IMG/VR virus record: IMGVR_UViG_3300009068_000023
Length of the DNA: 64,000 bases
Reading direction: 5' to 3' (one strand)
Source: a virus
Positions 40,801 through 48,943 of this stretch are shown here, piece by piece. Position 1 is the first letter of the stretch. Every line of letters starts with the position of its first letter. Both the position numbers and the translations under genes were made by a program. The notes below the pieces were generated by a model that searched no databases, was not told the DNA's origin, and saw nothing but the letters and a program-made list of their open reading frames with translations.

Positions 40801-41924
40801 TTTTAGATAAATCTAAAGCTGCTACAGGGTCTGTTATTAACATATTTGCTGCCTACAAATGGAATCTTAAAAAAATTAACGCTACAGGTAATTTAACTAT
40901 AAGCGGCGGAAAAGCTACCAAGCAAATACCATATTTTAGAGATGATAATGATGGTTCTGGAGAAGAATATTATTTAATGAGAGTACAGCTAGGATCAGTA
41001 ACAGATGATAAGACTAGAGGAACTAACGATGTACTGTCACCTGCTACATTCATAGCTGCTAGTAGTTTTTCAACATCTTCAATAGGCGCATTGACCTGTA
41101 ACTTTGATAAAACATCAGTAGCGGCAGGTAATACATTTACATACAAAGCCAGTGTCGCTAAAGGTATAGATGCAGTTGTGTTAAATTACAATATTACTGG
41201 TGTTGTATCAGATGATATTTGTGGCGCGCCGCTTTCTGGTCAATTAATTACACAAAGAGCTAACACTGCGGATGTTTCTGGATCTGTTGATACCTTCGCT
41301 ACACTTAGCTTTACTTCTAATGCAGCGCTTGCAACTAATAAAAACATTATCGTTACTGCTACCGCGCTTAATAATCAACTAGTATCGCCTGCTATAGTAG
41401 CTGCAGATACATTGTTGATAGCAGCAAGCGCTCCTGCTACACCTCTATATAACTTAACTTGTCAGACTATAGTAGGTACTTATTCGGCAGACTCTATATA
41501 CAATAATACTAGCGCAAAGACTTACGGGTATATAAAATGCTATTTTAATACCTCTAATATAGCAAAAAATGCTAGTCTTACAGTTAAACTATTTAACGAG
41601 ACTCAAAATAAATATGTCATAACAAACGGGCCTAAATCAATTGCTGCTAAATCCCTTAACAATGATTTTAGTATAGCTCTTACCAATAATACCCCTACTG
41701 AAGGGTCACCGTACCTAACTACTAACGGTACTAGTTTAGGTAGTATAGTAGTAACGTATGGCACAACAATAACATATACTGGATATAAGACGGGTGATAT
41801 ATTGAGGGTGGAGATTTATAGTGGTAGTACTAAATTAGCTGAAGCGCGCACCGTAGCTCCTAATCCAACTATCACAGGTACACAGCCTTCCGGTGTTCTC
41901 TTTCAAAAGATAGGATATGCATAA
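34830..41924 (+). CDS. VrlC/DUF4815-like large virion protein with C-terminal Ig-like repeats
   Basis: TNLNVAPYFDDY..YYKILFRPG.SVQARELTQ.Q; KRYTM.EIG.LE.RI.NLEYY; repeated V.EG..F...Y.ITG..DI units from about 38.9 kb. Confidence 0.8.
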   Translation: MSIETNLNVAPYFDDYTDNSNYYKILFRPGVSVQARELTQIQDILQTQVERFGNHVFKSGTIVSGVNFQFYPAYSYVKLLDNQADGQPAIPTEYVNYYAKNTANVQAKIINAKQGLQSTDPDTNYLYLNYINSGDSALETSFANSNVLTIFSKNYEIFDFNVVNGGTSFSNSDTVQITSALLVSNSSINSSAGISQVNGTTVANVYVYEANNNFSITLDNVTYSSNDGYTLLKIKPHTNDLANSAVGAEKWTITSEGFVVQGSNSAYVVGLVGTGASAVLTTDSSGVVTDVSLTNPGTNYIEAPYVTVRSSTGTFNNLEITPQMFKAQVLVADSSYTGGNSTPVGNAYAFGVTEGIIYQKGFFLGVNSQITVVNSYSTNVNSVSVGFVTQEAIVNTNVDSTLLDNATGTPNFAAPGANRLKFIPTLSVVDTANAESNNTFFPLVEFREGQPYKQYKNTLYNILSKEFERRTTETSGNFVVDPFIVSTKDQTTWSNSYFNAVSDPGILYIDGVRVDTQRNTFVPVRRSNDTYILEDQITSINYGSYVLVKELAGFVDTDAAPEVSIYGVPYQYYTKNKSSISFTDTVIGTAKVRSIVYDSGTPGTSSANYRMYLFDVSMRQGYSFSQARSVYYNGVSYDGVADLVLERNNLNKEIAVLKDPKNSSLLFDLSVEGVKSVNSVTYGYRSAVSSANISSNGVASLTISDQFIYGNNATLSANQRKEVILVPLANAISTNTATAELTRNNKFVIGDLLDTYFKPGDSVYLENSANDSIYLYSSVASVSNNTYMVLNDAWPFNSNTSINVSRYLPGNVPVPLDDTRVSVNTNSTGTTLYVNLNGVSPNTFSLSSSVPAAITYNAIKTNFQKLAKLVSRNNYVKICLANNVATTKGPWCLGIPDAFRLNRVFIANSSTVNTNSTVITDNFYIDNGQTSDYYGHAHLAKRNSIARNLSEDQWLLVEFDAFYLGTPSAAGFFSVLSYPLNSNNSTRTAMGNTSINIVEIPEFKLPSGKVLGLENALDFRPRIQSQANYTSNPSTASVNPANTRTFYTSDKLFPIPDSNAIFNYEAYLKRKDRVVVSKAGNIKVVEGTPAYVPVPTEAPADSITISILEIPSYPSLPKVPDSNVVDLFTKRTGTASGLYSRHVNYTVKDVYDVTEASKTPKRYTMGEIGNLESRIKNLEYYTSLNLLDKKTKDINIPSSINPSLDRTKYGYFVDNFNDYLSSDINNKEMTAYIDQEAGRLIPQIKSFNLQARFNYDDSTTLNSLRYSGNVVSEPAPGKWSEHVLMLPSNGEINIISQNRFTSAVNGTGGDTKFVGDMITEPGNLRVAFKVAVKQTDTTLIQESPAIDVTPDDIVSNTDPRYVLSASKREVTEGSNVSISFITVNVANGTSFNYTITGNNITSGDISAALTGTLTVEGNTDVAYANLQINILNDFTTESLETMVFTVNTSPTTSINVNIVSTSSNTEYRTVFTSPTGTDSVGEGQNCYFTFTVSSPQVNTYPYSITGIGITNSDITIRTSSNSTSNVTVDSTGLGGTLTINSTGSCAVYLSVANDAVVEGSEPATFTIAHPAYSSYSFVLTDSTVVNFPLSVSNSSITDGGSATFVLTSTGSISNGTTASYTLSGVEPTDINVPMAGSVTFGNNYANLTFTANSSSLSNGIKTLVYTVTPPSGTNYNTTPASVSTNIRFERDDSASLTCNTFRIAETSTAGFTLTYANGYSGSVPYTITGTSGFTSGDISVGLTGNITVTSGSGTLSVTAANNASGESDETFTLSIPSVADMTTGQALSRSVTITADSGPPPISYRLESSGREVQEGGNIVYTLVTTGIGAGTYNYNITPSTTNGSGITQTDFVTPLSGTITVTGNTTLATGSVTVTVANDIINEADETFAFTVSGTTAAVTGSPSFVTIKNTQVATPTLTCDKRVVYAKTESESTEATVTYTLQVPGAADGTVYPYQIMNVGGSVEPFRYKNDGVLIDSGSVDEDNNPIYVLDKSKAATGSVINIFAAYKWNLKKINATGNLTISGGKATKQIPYFRDDNDGSGEEYYLMRVQLGSVTDDKTRGTNDVLSPATFIAASSFSTSSIGALTCNFDKTSVAAGNTFTYKASVAKGIDAVVLNYNITGVVSDDICGAPLSGQLITQRANTADVSGSVDTFATLSFTSNAALATNKNIIVTATALNNQLVSPAIVAADTLLIAASAPATPLYNLTCQTIVGTYSADSIYNNTSAKTYGYIKCYFNTSNIAKNASLTVKLFNETQNKYVITNGPKSIAAKSLNNDFSIALTNNTPTEGSPYLTTNGTSLGSIVVTYGTTITYTGYKTGDILRVEIYSGSTKLAEARTVAPNPTITGTQPSGVLFQKIGYA

Positions 41925-42427
41925 TGCCTAGTACTACTAATTCTTTAGGATTTACGACCGAAGTAGAAAAAACTACTAGTCGCAATATAAGCTATATTGA
42001 TGCAGTTGCAGAGCAAAGCTTTAAAGTGCGTGTATACGGTTTAAACATTAACACCAAGCTTAATATGTACTCTAATAATAAGAAGGTTAGCTCTAATAAT
42101 ATTATTATGGAAGGTGGTGGCGACTTTAAAACAGATTTCAAAGGTGATGTTGAATTTGTCTATTACTATAAAGAAGCTCTTTCCGAGCTAACAAACGTAT
42201 CTGAAACAGCATATCTAGATTATTTAAATAGAAACTCTGGCAGTCTAACTTTAGTAGCTGTTGATTCTGCATCAATTAGTAGTAATACATTGCCTGTTAA
42301 TTACAGAGATATTGCTAGATGCTATTCTGAATGCATAATAAATAAAACATACGACCCTCAAGTAACAACTAATTACTACGTGGAAATTAAAGAAGTGGGT
42401 AACACTTCTCCCACAACAAATGGTTAA
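41924..42427 (+). CDS. virion structural protein (VrlC-like middle segment)
   Basis: Start overlaps the upstream stop; F.V..YGL..NTKL motif. Confidence 0.55.
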   Translation: MPSTTNSLGFTTEVEKTTSRNISYIDAVAEQSFKVRVYGLNINTKLNMYSNNKKVSSNNIIMEGGGDFKTDFKGDVEFVYYYKEALSELTNVSETAYLDYLNRNSGSLTLVAVDSASISSNTLPVNYRDIARCYSECIINKTYDPQVTTNYYVEIKEVGNTSPTTNG

Positions 42428-42435
42428 AGGTTCAC

Positions 42436-44607
42436 ATGACTATAGTAGCTGATTTTGCACAAACGTTTCTAGTTGACAGTAATGCGGTTCTCAAGTCACC
42501 ATACGTTTTCCTTTCTAAAATCGATTTGTATTTTAAAAATAAACCAAGTGCTGCGTCTTCGTCTCAGACAAGCACTGGTGGTGTTTCTGTACAGCCTGGT
42601 GCAACTGTTTATATTTGTGAAACAGAAAACATAAACAATATCGCTACTCCAAAGCTTAACACATATATTAAATACGGACGCGCCCGTGTTGAATATGCAA
42701 ATATTAACACATCAACTACTGGACAATCTGCTACAACGTTTAGATTTGATATTCCTGTACCTATTTCAACAGACAAGTTTTATGCATTCGTAATTAAATT
42801 AGATAGCGGCGATTCGCAATTTGCATTGTGGCGAAACAAGGCAGGAGAAACATACAACGAAACACAAAGCTCCCCTGTTACAAAAGGGGCATTAGATGGC
42901 CAGTTCTTTGTTCTTACTAACGGCACATCCTTAACACCTCTAACAGATACAGATTTAAAATTTAATATCTCATCAGCAGTATTTCAACAGACACCCACAT
43001 TATACAATGCTGTTAACAGAGATATGGAATATGTAACATTCTTTAAAGATTTCTCTACTGGTAGGTTAATAGGTGGGGAATCAGTGTTTTGTAATACCGG
43101 ATATGTCACTGCTCAAACTGTTGCCATTGTTGCAGGTAACAATATAGTTCGCGGAGTTAGTACTGTATTTACTACTAACTTTACTGCCGGCGATACTATC
43201 GTATTAAACTCTGGCAACACGAATATTATTCGTAGAATTAATAGTATTTCAAACAACACAACACTATCACTTTCATCACCCGTACCAGTAACTAATTCGT
43301 CGGCTAATTATTTAATAGCACCTACTGCAAGAGTAGTAGATTTTAACAAGCAAAAAGGATTTGTTATTTTAGGCGGCTCGAGTGCTAATTCTACCTATAA
43401 TTTTGCTGCTAATAGCACCAGCAATACTATAGTAGGGGAGCTTTCTGGTTCTTCAGTTAAAATTTCATCAGTTGAAAATTATCCAGTAAATCAATTTTTA
43501 TCTGAATTTAAAATTCTTGCTCCAGTAGACACTACTACCAATACGTACGTTAATTTTTCTAACTCGACATATGTAACAGTAGACAGCGATATAGAAGTTA
43601 GACAATTTAAAAAGACTAATGTAGTAGAATACAAAGCCTATTGCAGCTCAAGATCTAATGAAGTAAGCAATCCTGCGTTTCTTAATAATGATAAATCAGT
43701 TAATTTTTATCTACTATTTGATACTGATAATCCATTTCTTACCCCGGTACTCGACGAAGAAGATATGTTGTTTCATGCAACATCCGTCTATGCTGATGCT
43801 AATTACACAGACGAAGAATTACCAGGAAAAGGTAAATCAGCTGCAAAGTATATTGGTCGCGATGTAAGCTTAGCAAAGGGCGTTGTTGCGGAAGATATAA
43901 AAGTATATTTAACCGCACATCAACCAGCAGGCACTGAACTACAAGTATATGTAAGCTTCTATAATGATAACGATGGTGACATAAAAGATAATAAACTTTG
44001 GACCAGATTAAAGAATGTGTCTCCAGATAATCTGTTTAGCGCTGTAGATAATGAAAATGACTTAGTGGAACTAGAGTATGATCTGTCATATTATCCATTA
44101 TCTAGTTATGACAATACAGTCTCAGGTAGAGCAGTCACTGGTACATTCACTATTAATTTTGACGGCAAAGATAGCTATGCAGCTAGAACCTTGATAGGCA
44201 CTAGCGGGTTTATTAATGATGTGGTTAGTCCAGGTAATCTAGTAAGAATTTACAACCCGCTATTCCCGGATCAATCAGTTATTTCCGAAGTAGAAGGGGT
44301 GTATGAAAATAGAATTAGAATTACTAGAGATATAAATTATTATGTTAACGGTGATAGTGAACAAGATGCTATTAATCTTAAGCTTGCTTCATTTGCTTCA
44401 GGGGGCCTAGTAGTAGAAGTTCTAGACTACCCTGGCACTGCATTCAAAGACTATTTAAATTCTGGTAAACTAACTTATCACTCTAGTGAGCTGAGTGTTG
44501 TAGAAGGATATACAGCCTTTAAAGTTAAAATAATTTTAGTATCAGATTCTACTACTGGTTATTATCCGTCAGTAAGTGACGTTAGAGCAATCGCGCTATC
44601 CGTATAA
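42436..44607 (+). CDS. virion structural protein (VrlC-like C-terminal segment)
   Basis: AQTFLV..FLSKIDLYFK.KP; DLKF.I..A.F; C-terminal F.VKIIL..P.V.DVRAIAL. Confidence 0.7.
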   Translation: MTIVADFAQTFLVDSNAVLKSPYVFLSKIDLYFKNKPSAASSSQTSTGGVSVQPGATVYICETENINNIATPKLNTYIKYGRARVEYANINTSTTGQSATTFRFDIPVPISTDKFYAFVIKLDSGDSQFALWRNKAGETYNETQSSPVTKGALDGQFFVLTNGTSLTPLTDTDLKFNISSAVFQQTPTLYNAVNRDMEYVTFFKDFSTGRLIGGESVFCNTGYVTAQTVAIVAGNNIVRGVSTVFTTNFTAGDTIVLNSGNTNIIRRINSISNNTTLSLSSPVPVTNSSANYLIAPTARVVDFNKQKGFVILGGSSANSTYNFAANSTSNTIVGELSGSSVKISSVENYPVNQFLSEFKILAPVDTTTNTYVNFSNSTYVTVDSDIEVRQFKKTNVVEYKAYCSSRSNEVSNPAFLNNDKSVNFYLLFDTDNPFLTPVLDEEDMLFHATSVYADANYTDEELPGKGKSAAKYIGRDVSLAKGVVAEDIKVYLTAHQPAGTELQVYVSFYNDNDGDIKDNKLWTRLKNVSPDNLFSAVDNENDLVELEYDLSYYPLSSYDNTVSGRAVTGTFTINFDGKDSYAARTLIGTSGFINDVVSPGNLVRIYNPLFPDQSVISEVEGVYENRIRITRDINYYVNGDSEQDAINLKLASFASGGLVVEVLDYPGTAFKDYLNSGKLTYHSSELSVVEGYTAFKVKIILVSDSTTGYYPSVSDVRAIALSV

Positions 44608-44615
44608 GGTAAAAA

Positions 44616-46154
44616 ATGTCTAGACCTATTTCTAATTTGCAAATTGCTACAGATACATTTTATGGTTTATATAATAAAACCAATCAACTACTAGGTGCGC
44701 TAACTTATGAAATAGTTACTACAAGTAACACTATTAATGGGGCGAATACTTCTGGCAATGCTAGTGTTATAGGTACGTTATCAGCGAATGTATTATCTAC
44801 CTCTGTTTTAAGAGGTGGTACTAGCGGCAACACTGCTAATATATCAACAATAACTGTAGGCTTAGCTAATTCTACAACATCATCGAATGTTAGTATTTCC
44901 GGATATGCTGCCAATATAGTAGCAAACACTCTTAACATTACTTCCAACGTAAGTATCTCTTCATCTAACACTTACATAATTGCTGATAGTGTGCAAGTAT
45001 TAAGCAACACTCAGATATGGGGTAATAGCACGGTAAATGTGCTACAGGTATACGGCAACAGCACAACAACCTTTATGACTGTTACTGGAGTCAATACAAA
45101 TATTAGAACTACTGGTTTTAATGTTAATAGTGTTTCTAACGTTACTGGTAATACTAATCTTAAAGCCAATACCACTGTTACTAATATATCCGTTAACGGA
45201 AATAATACCACATCTAACGTTACACTAACAGGTAATCTTGTTACTATTTCTAGCAATGCAACGTTTAGTGGCGGCTTAACATCAATTACAGGCAACTTAG
45301 CAGTCGATACCAGCACCCTATTTGTTGACGCGGTTACTAATTATGTTGGTATCGCAACATCAACACCACAGCACCCGCTACACGTAATTGGTACTGGTAC
45401 AACAGAAATATTTACCGTAGAGAATACAACAGACAACTCAGCCGTACACGTAACGTCAACAAATTCGTATGCAGGCGGTAATACAATTACTATTTACGCT
45501 GACACTGGAAATCAGTTAAGACTTGCATCCAATAACAATTCTGGTTCGGGTTATATTTTCCTTGCAGCAAACGGTAACGTAGGTTTGTCTAACAATGCAC
45601 CAGCTGCATTACTTTCTATTAGTAATACTAAAGTATATGCTAATGGTACTATTCAAACCGGCGGGGACCTGATCTGCTCAGGCGACTTATATGCAAATAT
45701 TGTATTCATGGGCGGCACTGATCAAAATACTGTTACTGCAACTGTATGCCCTATCGTGCCACCAAATACCATATACAGTTCTAATTCAGCCTTTGGCGGG
45801 TTAACTGGTCCTTATTCTTTCTTGCAGTTCTCTAATACTGACCCTCAAATTATAGATGCTATTAATAGCGAGCAGGGTACTGGATACCAAGCTGTTAAGT
45901 TTACTATTCAAGTGCAAGATAATGAGCAAATTAACGAAGTAGTAATGACAGAGGTCAATGTAGTTTATGGTTATGGCAATGTGCATTCAACCCAGTTTGG
46001 TACGATATATACAAATACAAATTTTATAGAAGTAGGTACCAGTGCTAATTCAACTGCTATCCTTCTAGTTGCTAATCCAACATCTGCATATCTTGCATCT
46101 AAGGGTGGAACGGCAAATCTTCAATTCAGAGGCGTAAGACAGAAAGTACGTTAA
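44616..46154 (+). CDS. fibre/neck-like structural protein
   Basis: TDTF....NKTNQ N-terminus, Asn/Ser/Thr-rich beta repeats, TLFVDA..NYVGI.T..P..LHV.G fibre motif. Confidence 0.65.
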   Translation: MSRPISNLQIATDTFYGLYNKTNQLLGALTYEIVTTSNTINGANTSGNASVIGTLSANVLSTSVLRGGTSGNTANISTITVGLANSTTSSNVSISGYAANIVANTLNITSNVSISSSNTYIIADSVQVLSNTQIWGNSTVNVLQVYGNSTTTFMTVTGVNTNIRTTGFNVNSVSNVTGNTNLKANTTVTNISVNGNNTTSNVTLTGNLVTISSNATFSGGLTSITGNLAVDTSTLFVDAVTNYVGIATSTPQHPLHVIGTGTTEIFTVENTTDNSAVHVTSTNSYAGGNTITIYADTGNQLRLASNNNSGSGYIFLAANGNVGLSNNAPAALLSISNTKVYANGTIQTGGDLICSGDLYANIVFMGGTDQNTVTATVCPIVPPNTIYSSNSAFGGLTGPYSFLQFSNTDPQIIDAINSEQGTGYQAVKFTIQVQDNEQINEVVMTEVNVVYGYGNVHSTQFGTIYTNTNFIEVGTSANSTAILLVANPTSAYLASKGGTANLQFRGVRQKVR

Positions 46155-46175
46155 TACGGCGGAAAGGGAAGCTAA

Positions 46176-48605
46176 ATGGCTGCAAATACTCAAGACTTTA
46201 GAGTTAAAAACGGTATTGTTGTTAATAATACTGCAACTATTGGAAATACTGTAAGTATATCTGGTAATGTAACTATTAACGGAAAGTCACTTATCATAGA
46301 TAATCCAACAGGGCTATCTATCAACGCCACAGGTCGTTCAGTCTTAGGAAACTCAGTAACCGTTTCTAAAGGTAATCTTACTGTAAGTAATGGTGCCTTC
46401 AGTGTAACGTCGGCCAATGCAACACAATCTACAGTCTTCACAGTAAACACAGAGACAGTAACAGTATCAGGGAATCTTACTGTTACTGGTATTGCAACAT
46501 TCCAATCAGCCCAAAGACTAGAGATTGGTACAGGAGACATTCTTCTCTATTCTGCTCTTACTGGCGCTCCGGCAGGTAATGCCTCTATCACAGTAAACCG
46601 CGGTACTAGTCCAGATGTTTATATTCTATGGGATGAAACTACTAGTACCTGGAAGTTTACTAACGACGGCACATACTTCTTTCCTATACGCACATACAGT
46701 GATCTAGTTTATTCGTTTGATACTTCTACTACTATGAGCACTGCTCCAGTAAGTGGAAGATTACGTCTTAACAATGCTAACTATTCTCTTGCTACTATTG
46801 TATCTTTCAGCTCTAGTGAGTTTGGAGGTAATAGTACTTCTAATATTTGGAGTGCTGTTGGAAGTAGTAGTAGTGCTAATAAAGCCCTTCTGTATATTAG
46901 ATCAAGTGAAAATACTAATGAATTTGCTGTCTACAGAATAACTAGTGCTGCAGACACAAGTGTAACTGGCGCAATTAAATTTAACATTACATATTTGGGT
47001 GGAGTTACTTCAGGCCTTACATCGTTAGAAAATGTAACTGTGCAAGTCTCTCTATCAGGCGATAAAGGTGAAGTAGGGTCAAAGGGCGATAAAGGTGATA
47101 TAGGTGTTACCGGGGCAAAAGGTGACAAGGGTGATACCGGCACAGCCGGCTCAAAAGGTGATAAAGGTGAGGTAGGTACTAAAGGTGACAAAGGCGATAA
47201 GGGCGATATAGGAACTACTGGTGGTAAAGGTGACAAGGGAGATACAGGCTCCGCAGGAAGAGAAGCTGGTATACCTTACACATTTAGTGTATCAACAACT
47301 GAAAGTGCTTCTCAACCTCCTATAGGTGGAGCTATTTTTAACTCCGCTACATTAGGATCGGTAACGTCTATTACTGTAAGAAAGGTTGACGGTAATATTA
47401 ACGACAGTAATAATTTGTTTAATGCGTTTGGTAGCTATGGCAATACTACTCTTAAAGGTTTGCTTACTGTACGTAATACAGCTAATACATCACAGACAGC
47501 ACTATTTAACGTTAGCAGCATATCAGAAGGTAGTCAAGCAACAAACAAATTATTCACAGTTTCAAATATTAATAACGGGTATACTGCAGTATTCCAGGAT
47601 ACCTCATCCCTACTATTTACATTTACTCCTAACGGGTTGGGTAGTAAAGGGGATACTGGTACGACTGGTACGGCCGGTTCCAAAGGTGATAAAGGCGACC
47701 AGGGGGCTAAAGGCGACAAAGGAGACCTAGGTTCTACTGGCACCAAGGGTGACAAAGGTGATCAGGGTGCTAAAGGTGATAAGGGAGACGCTGGGTCTAA
47801 AGGTGACTCAGGAACCAGCGGGCTTACTGCTGGTATAAACTATCTGTTTGATACAGGTACAACAGAATCCGTATCAGCTCCAGGTATTGGTTCACTTATT
47901 TTTAATAGCGCAACTCCTTCAAGTGTTACTGCAATTACCGTAAGAAATATAGACAATACTGGTGCTAACAATCAGCTCTTAATTAGTAATTACAATAACC
48001 TAGGCAATACTACGTTTAAGGGTTATCTTGAAATTACTAATATTGCTAATACTTCTCAAACCCTATTATATTCAGTAAGCAGCACTGCAGCAGGTAGCCA
48101 GGCTTATAATTCTAAATTTAATGTAACTAATATTACTGGCAGCTATAATTCACCATTTTTAACTGGTGCTAATCTTGCAGTACAATTTTCCGGAACTGGA
48201 TTGAGTATTAAGGGCGATAATGGTACTACCGGTGCAAAAGGTGACAAGGGAGATGCATTCACTACCCTTACAGCTTACACCGAAACAGTTAATACAGCTA
48301 CAGTCTCCACATCAACCTATAATATAGATTTAAGTCTATCCAATATCTTTAATTTAACTCTTGCTACTAGTGTAACGTTTACATTTACTAACCCACCAAC
48401 GGTAGGGTTTACAAAACCAGTAACAGTTATCTTAAAACAAGATGGTACTGGTTCAAGAACGGCATCATTTACAGGTGCTAAGTATACTGATGCAGTTAGC
48501 CCGGTGCTAACTACAACTGCTAATAGGTCTGATGTTCTTACATTCTTTACATTAGATGGTGGAACATCATATTTTGGTACTTTTGCTATGGCCAACGTCG
48601 CTTAA
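46176..48605 (+). CDS. collagen-like fibre protein C
   Basis: DFRVKNG N-terminus; three Gly-X-Y (GDK-rich) blocks separated by repeated globular spacers; C-terminal domain homologous to that of 2463..3446. Confidence 0.8.
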   Translation: MAANTQDFRVKNGIVVNNTATIGNTVSISGNVTINGKSLIIDNPTGLSINATGRSVLGNSVTVSKGNLTVSNGAFSVTSANATQSTVFTVNTETVTVSGNLTVTGIATFQSAQRLEIGTGDILLYSALTGAPAGNASITVNRGTSPDVYILWDETTSTWKFTNDGTYFFPIRTYSDLVYSFDTSTTMSTAPVSGRLRLNNANYSLATIVSFSSSEFGGNSTSNIWSAVGSSSSANKALLYIRSSENTNEFAVYRITSAADTSVTGAIKFNITYLGGVTSGLTSLENVTVQVSLSGDKGEVGSKGDKGDIGVTGAKGDKGDTGTAGSKGDKGEVGTKGDKGDKGDIGTTGGKGDKGDTGSAGREAGIPYTFSVSTTESASQPPIGGAIFNSATLGSVTSITVRKVDGNINDSNNLFNAFGSYGNTTLKGLLTVRNTANTSQTALFNVSSISEGSQATNKLFTVSNINNGYTAVFQDTSSLLFTFTPNGLGSKGDTGTTGTAGSKGDKGDQGAKGDKGDLGSTGTKGDKGDQGAKGDKGDAGSKGDSGTSGLTAGINYLFDTGTTESVSAPGIGSLIFNSATPSSVTAITVRNIDNTGANNQLLISNYNNLGNTTFKGYLEITNIANTSQTLLYSVSSTAAGSQAYNSKFNVTNITGSYNSPFLTGANLAVQFSGTGLSIKGDNGTTGAKGDKGDAFTTLTAYTETVNTATVSTSTYNIDLSLSNIFNLTLATSVTFTFTNPPTVGFTKPVTVILKQDGTGSRTASFTGAKYTDAVSPVLTTTANRSDVLTFFTLDGGTSYFGTFAMANVA

Positions 48606-48618
48606 GGAGGAAGGTAAA

Positions 48619-48942
48619 ATGGCTGTCGTAAAAATTCACGAAATTATTTTATATACTTGTGATTCAGTTAATTCGCTAGATGGACACGATCTTGCCGCAT
48701 GGTTAGATCATACAGATATCAAGTATGTTAGAATGCATTATAATAATACAGCAGTTTTAGATACAGTAATAAACAATCTTAACACGTGGTGGAAAGATAA
48801 ACAACTAACTGCTAGTTCCTGGCCATTCGTGACCTACAAAGAGGAGCATGACGATGGCAGACCTTCATACGCACTTACATCAAACTTTATTGAAGGTTTA
48901 CAGAACGTTAAAGATCAATTACCTGCTTTAGTGGCATTATAA
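48619..48942 (+). CDS. hypothetical protein
   Basis: AAGGAGG RBS before ATG 48619. Confidence 0.65.
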   Translation: MAVVKIHEIILYTCDSVNSLDGHDLAAWLDHTDIKYVRMHYNNTAVLDTVINNLNTWWKDKQLTASSWPFVTYKEEHDDGRPSYALTSNFIEGLQNVKDQLPALVAL

Positions 48943-48943
48943 A

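Noticed and set aside
44616-46154. Enrichment of classical N-X-S/T glycosylation sequons
   Set aside because: About 21 of roughly 67 Asn by hand count, close to what the high Ser/Thr content predicts
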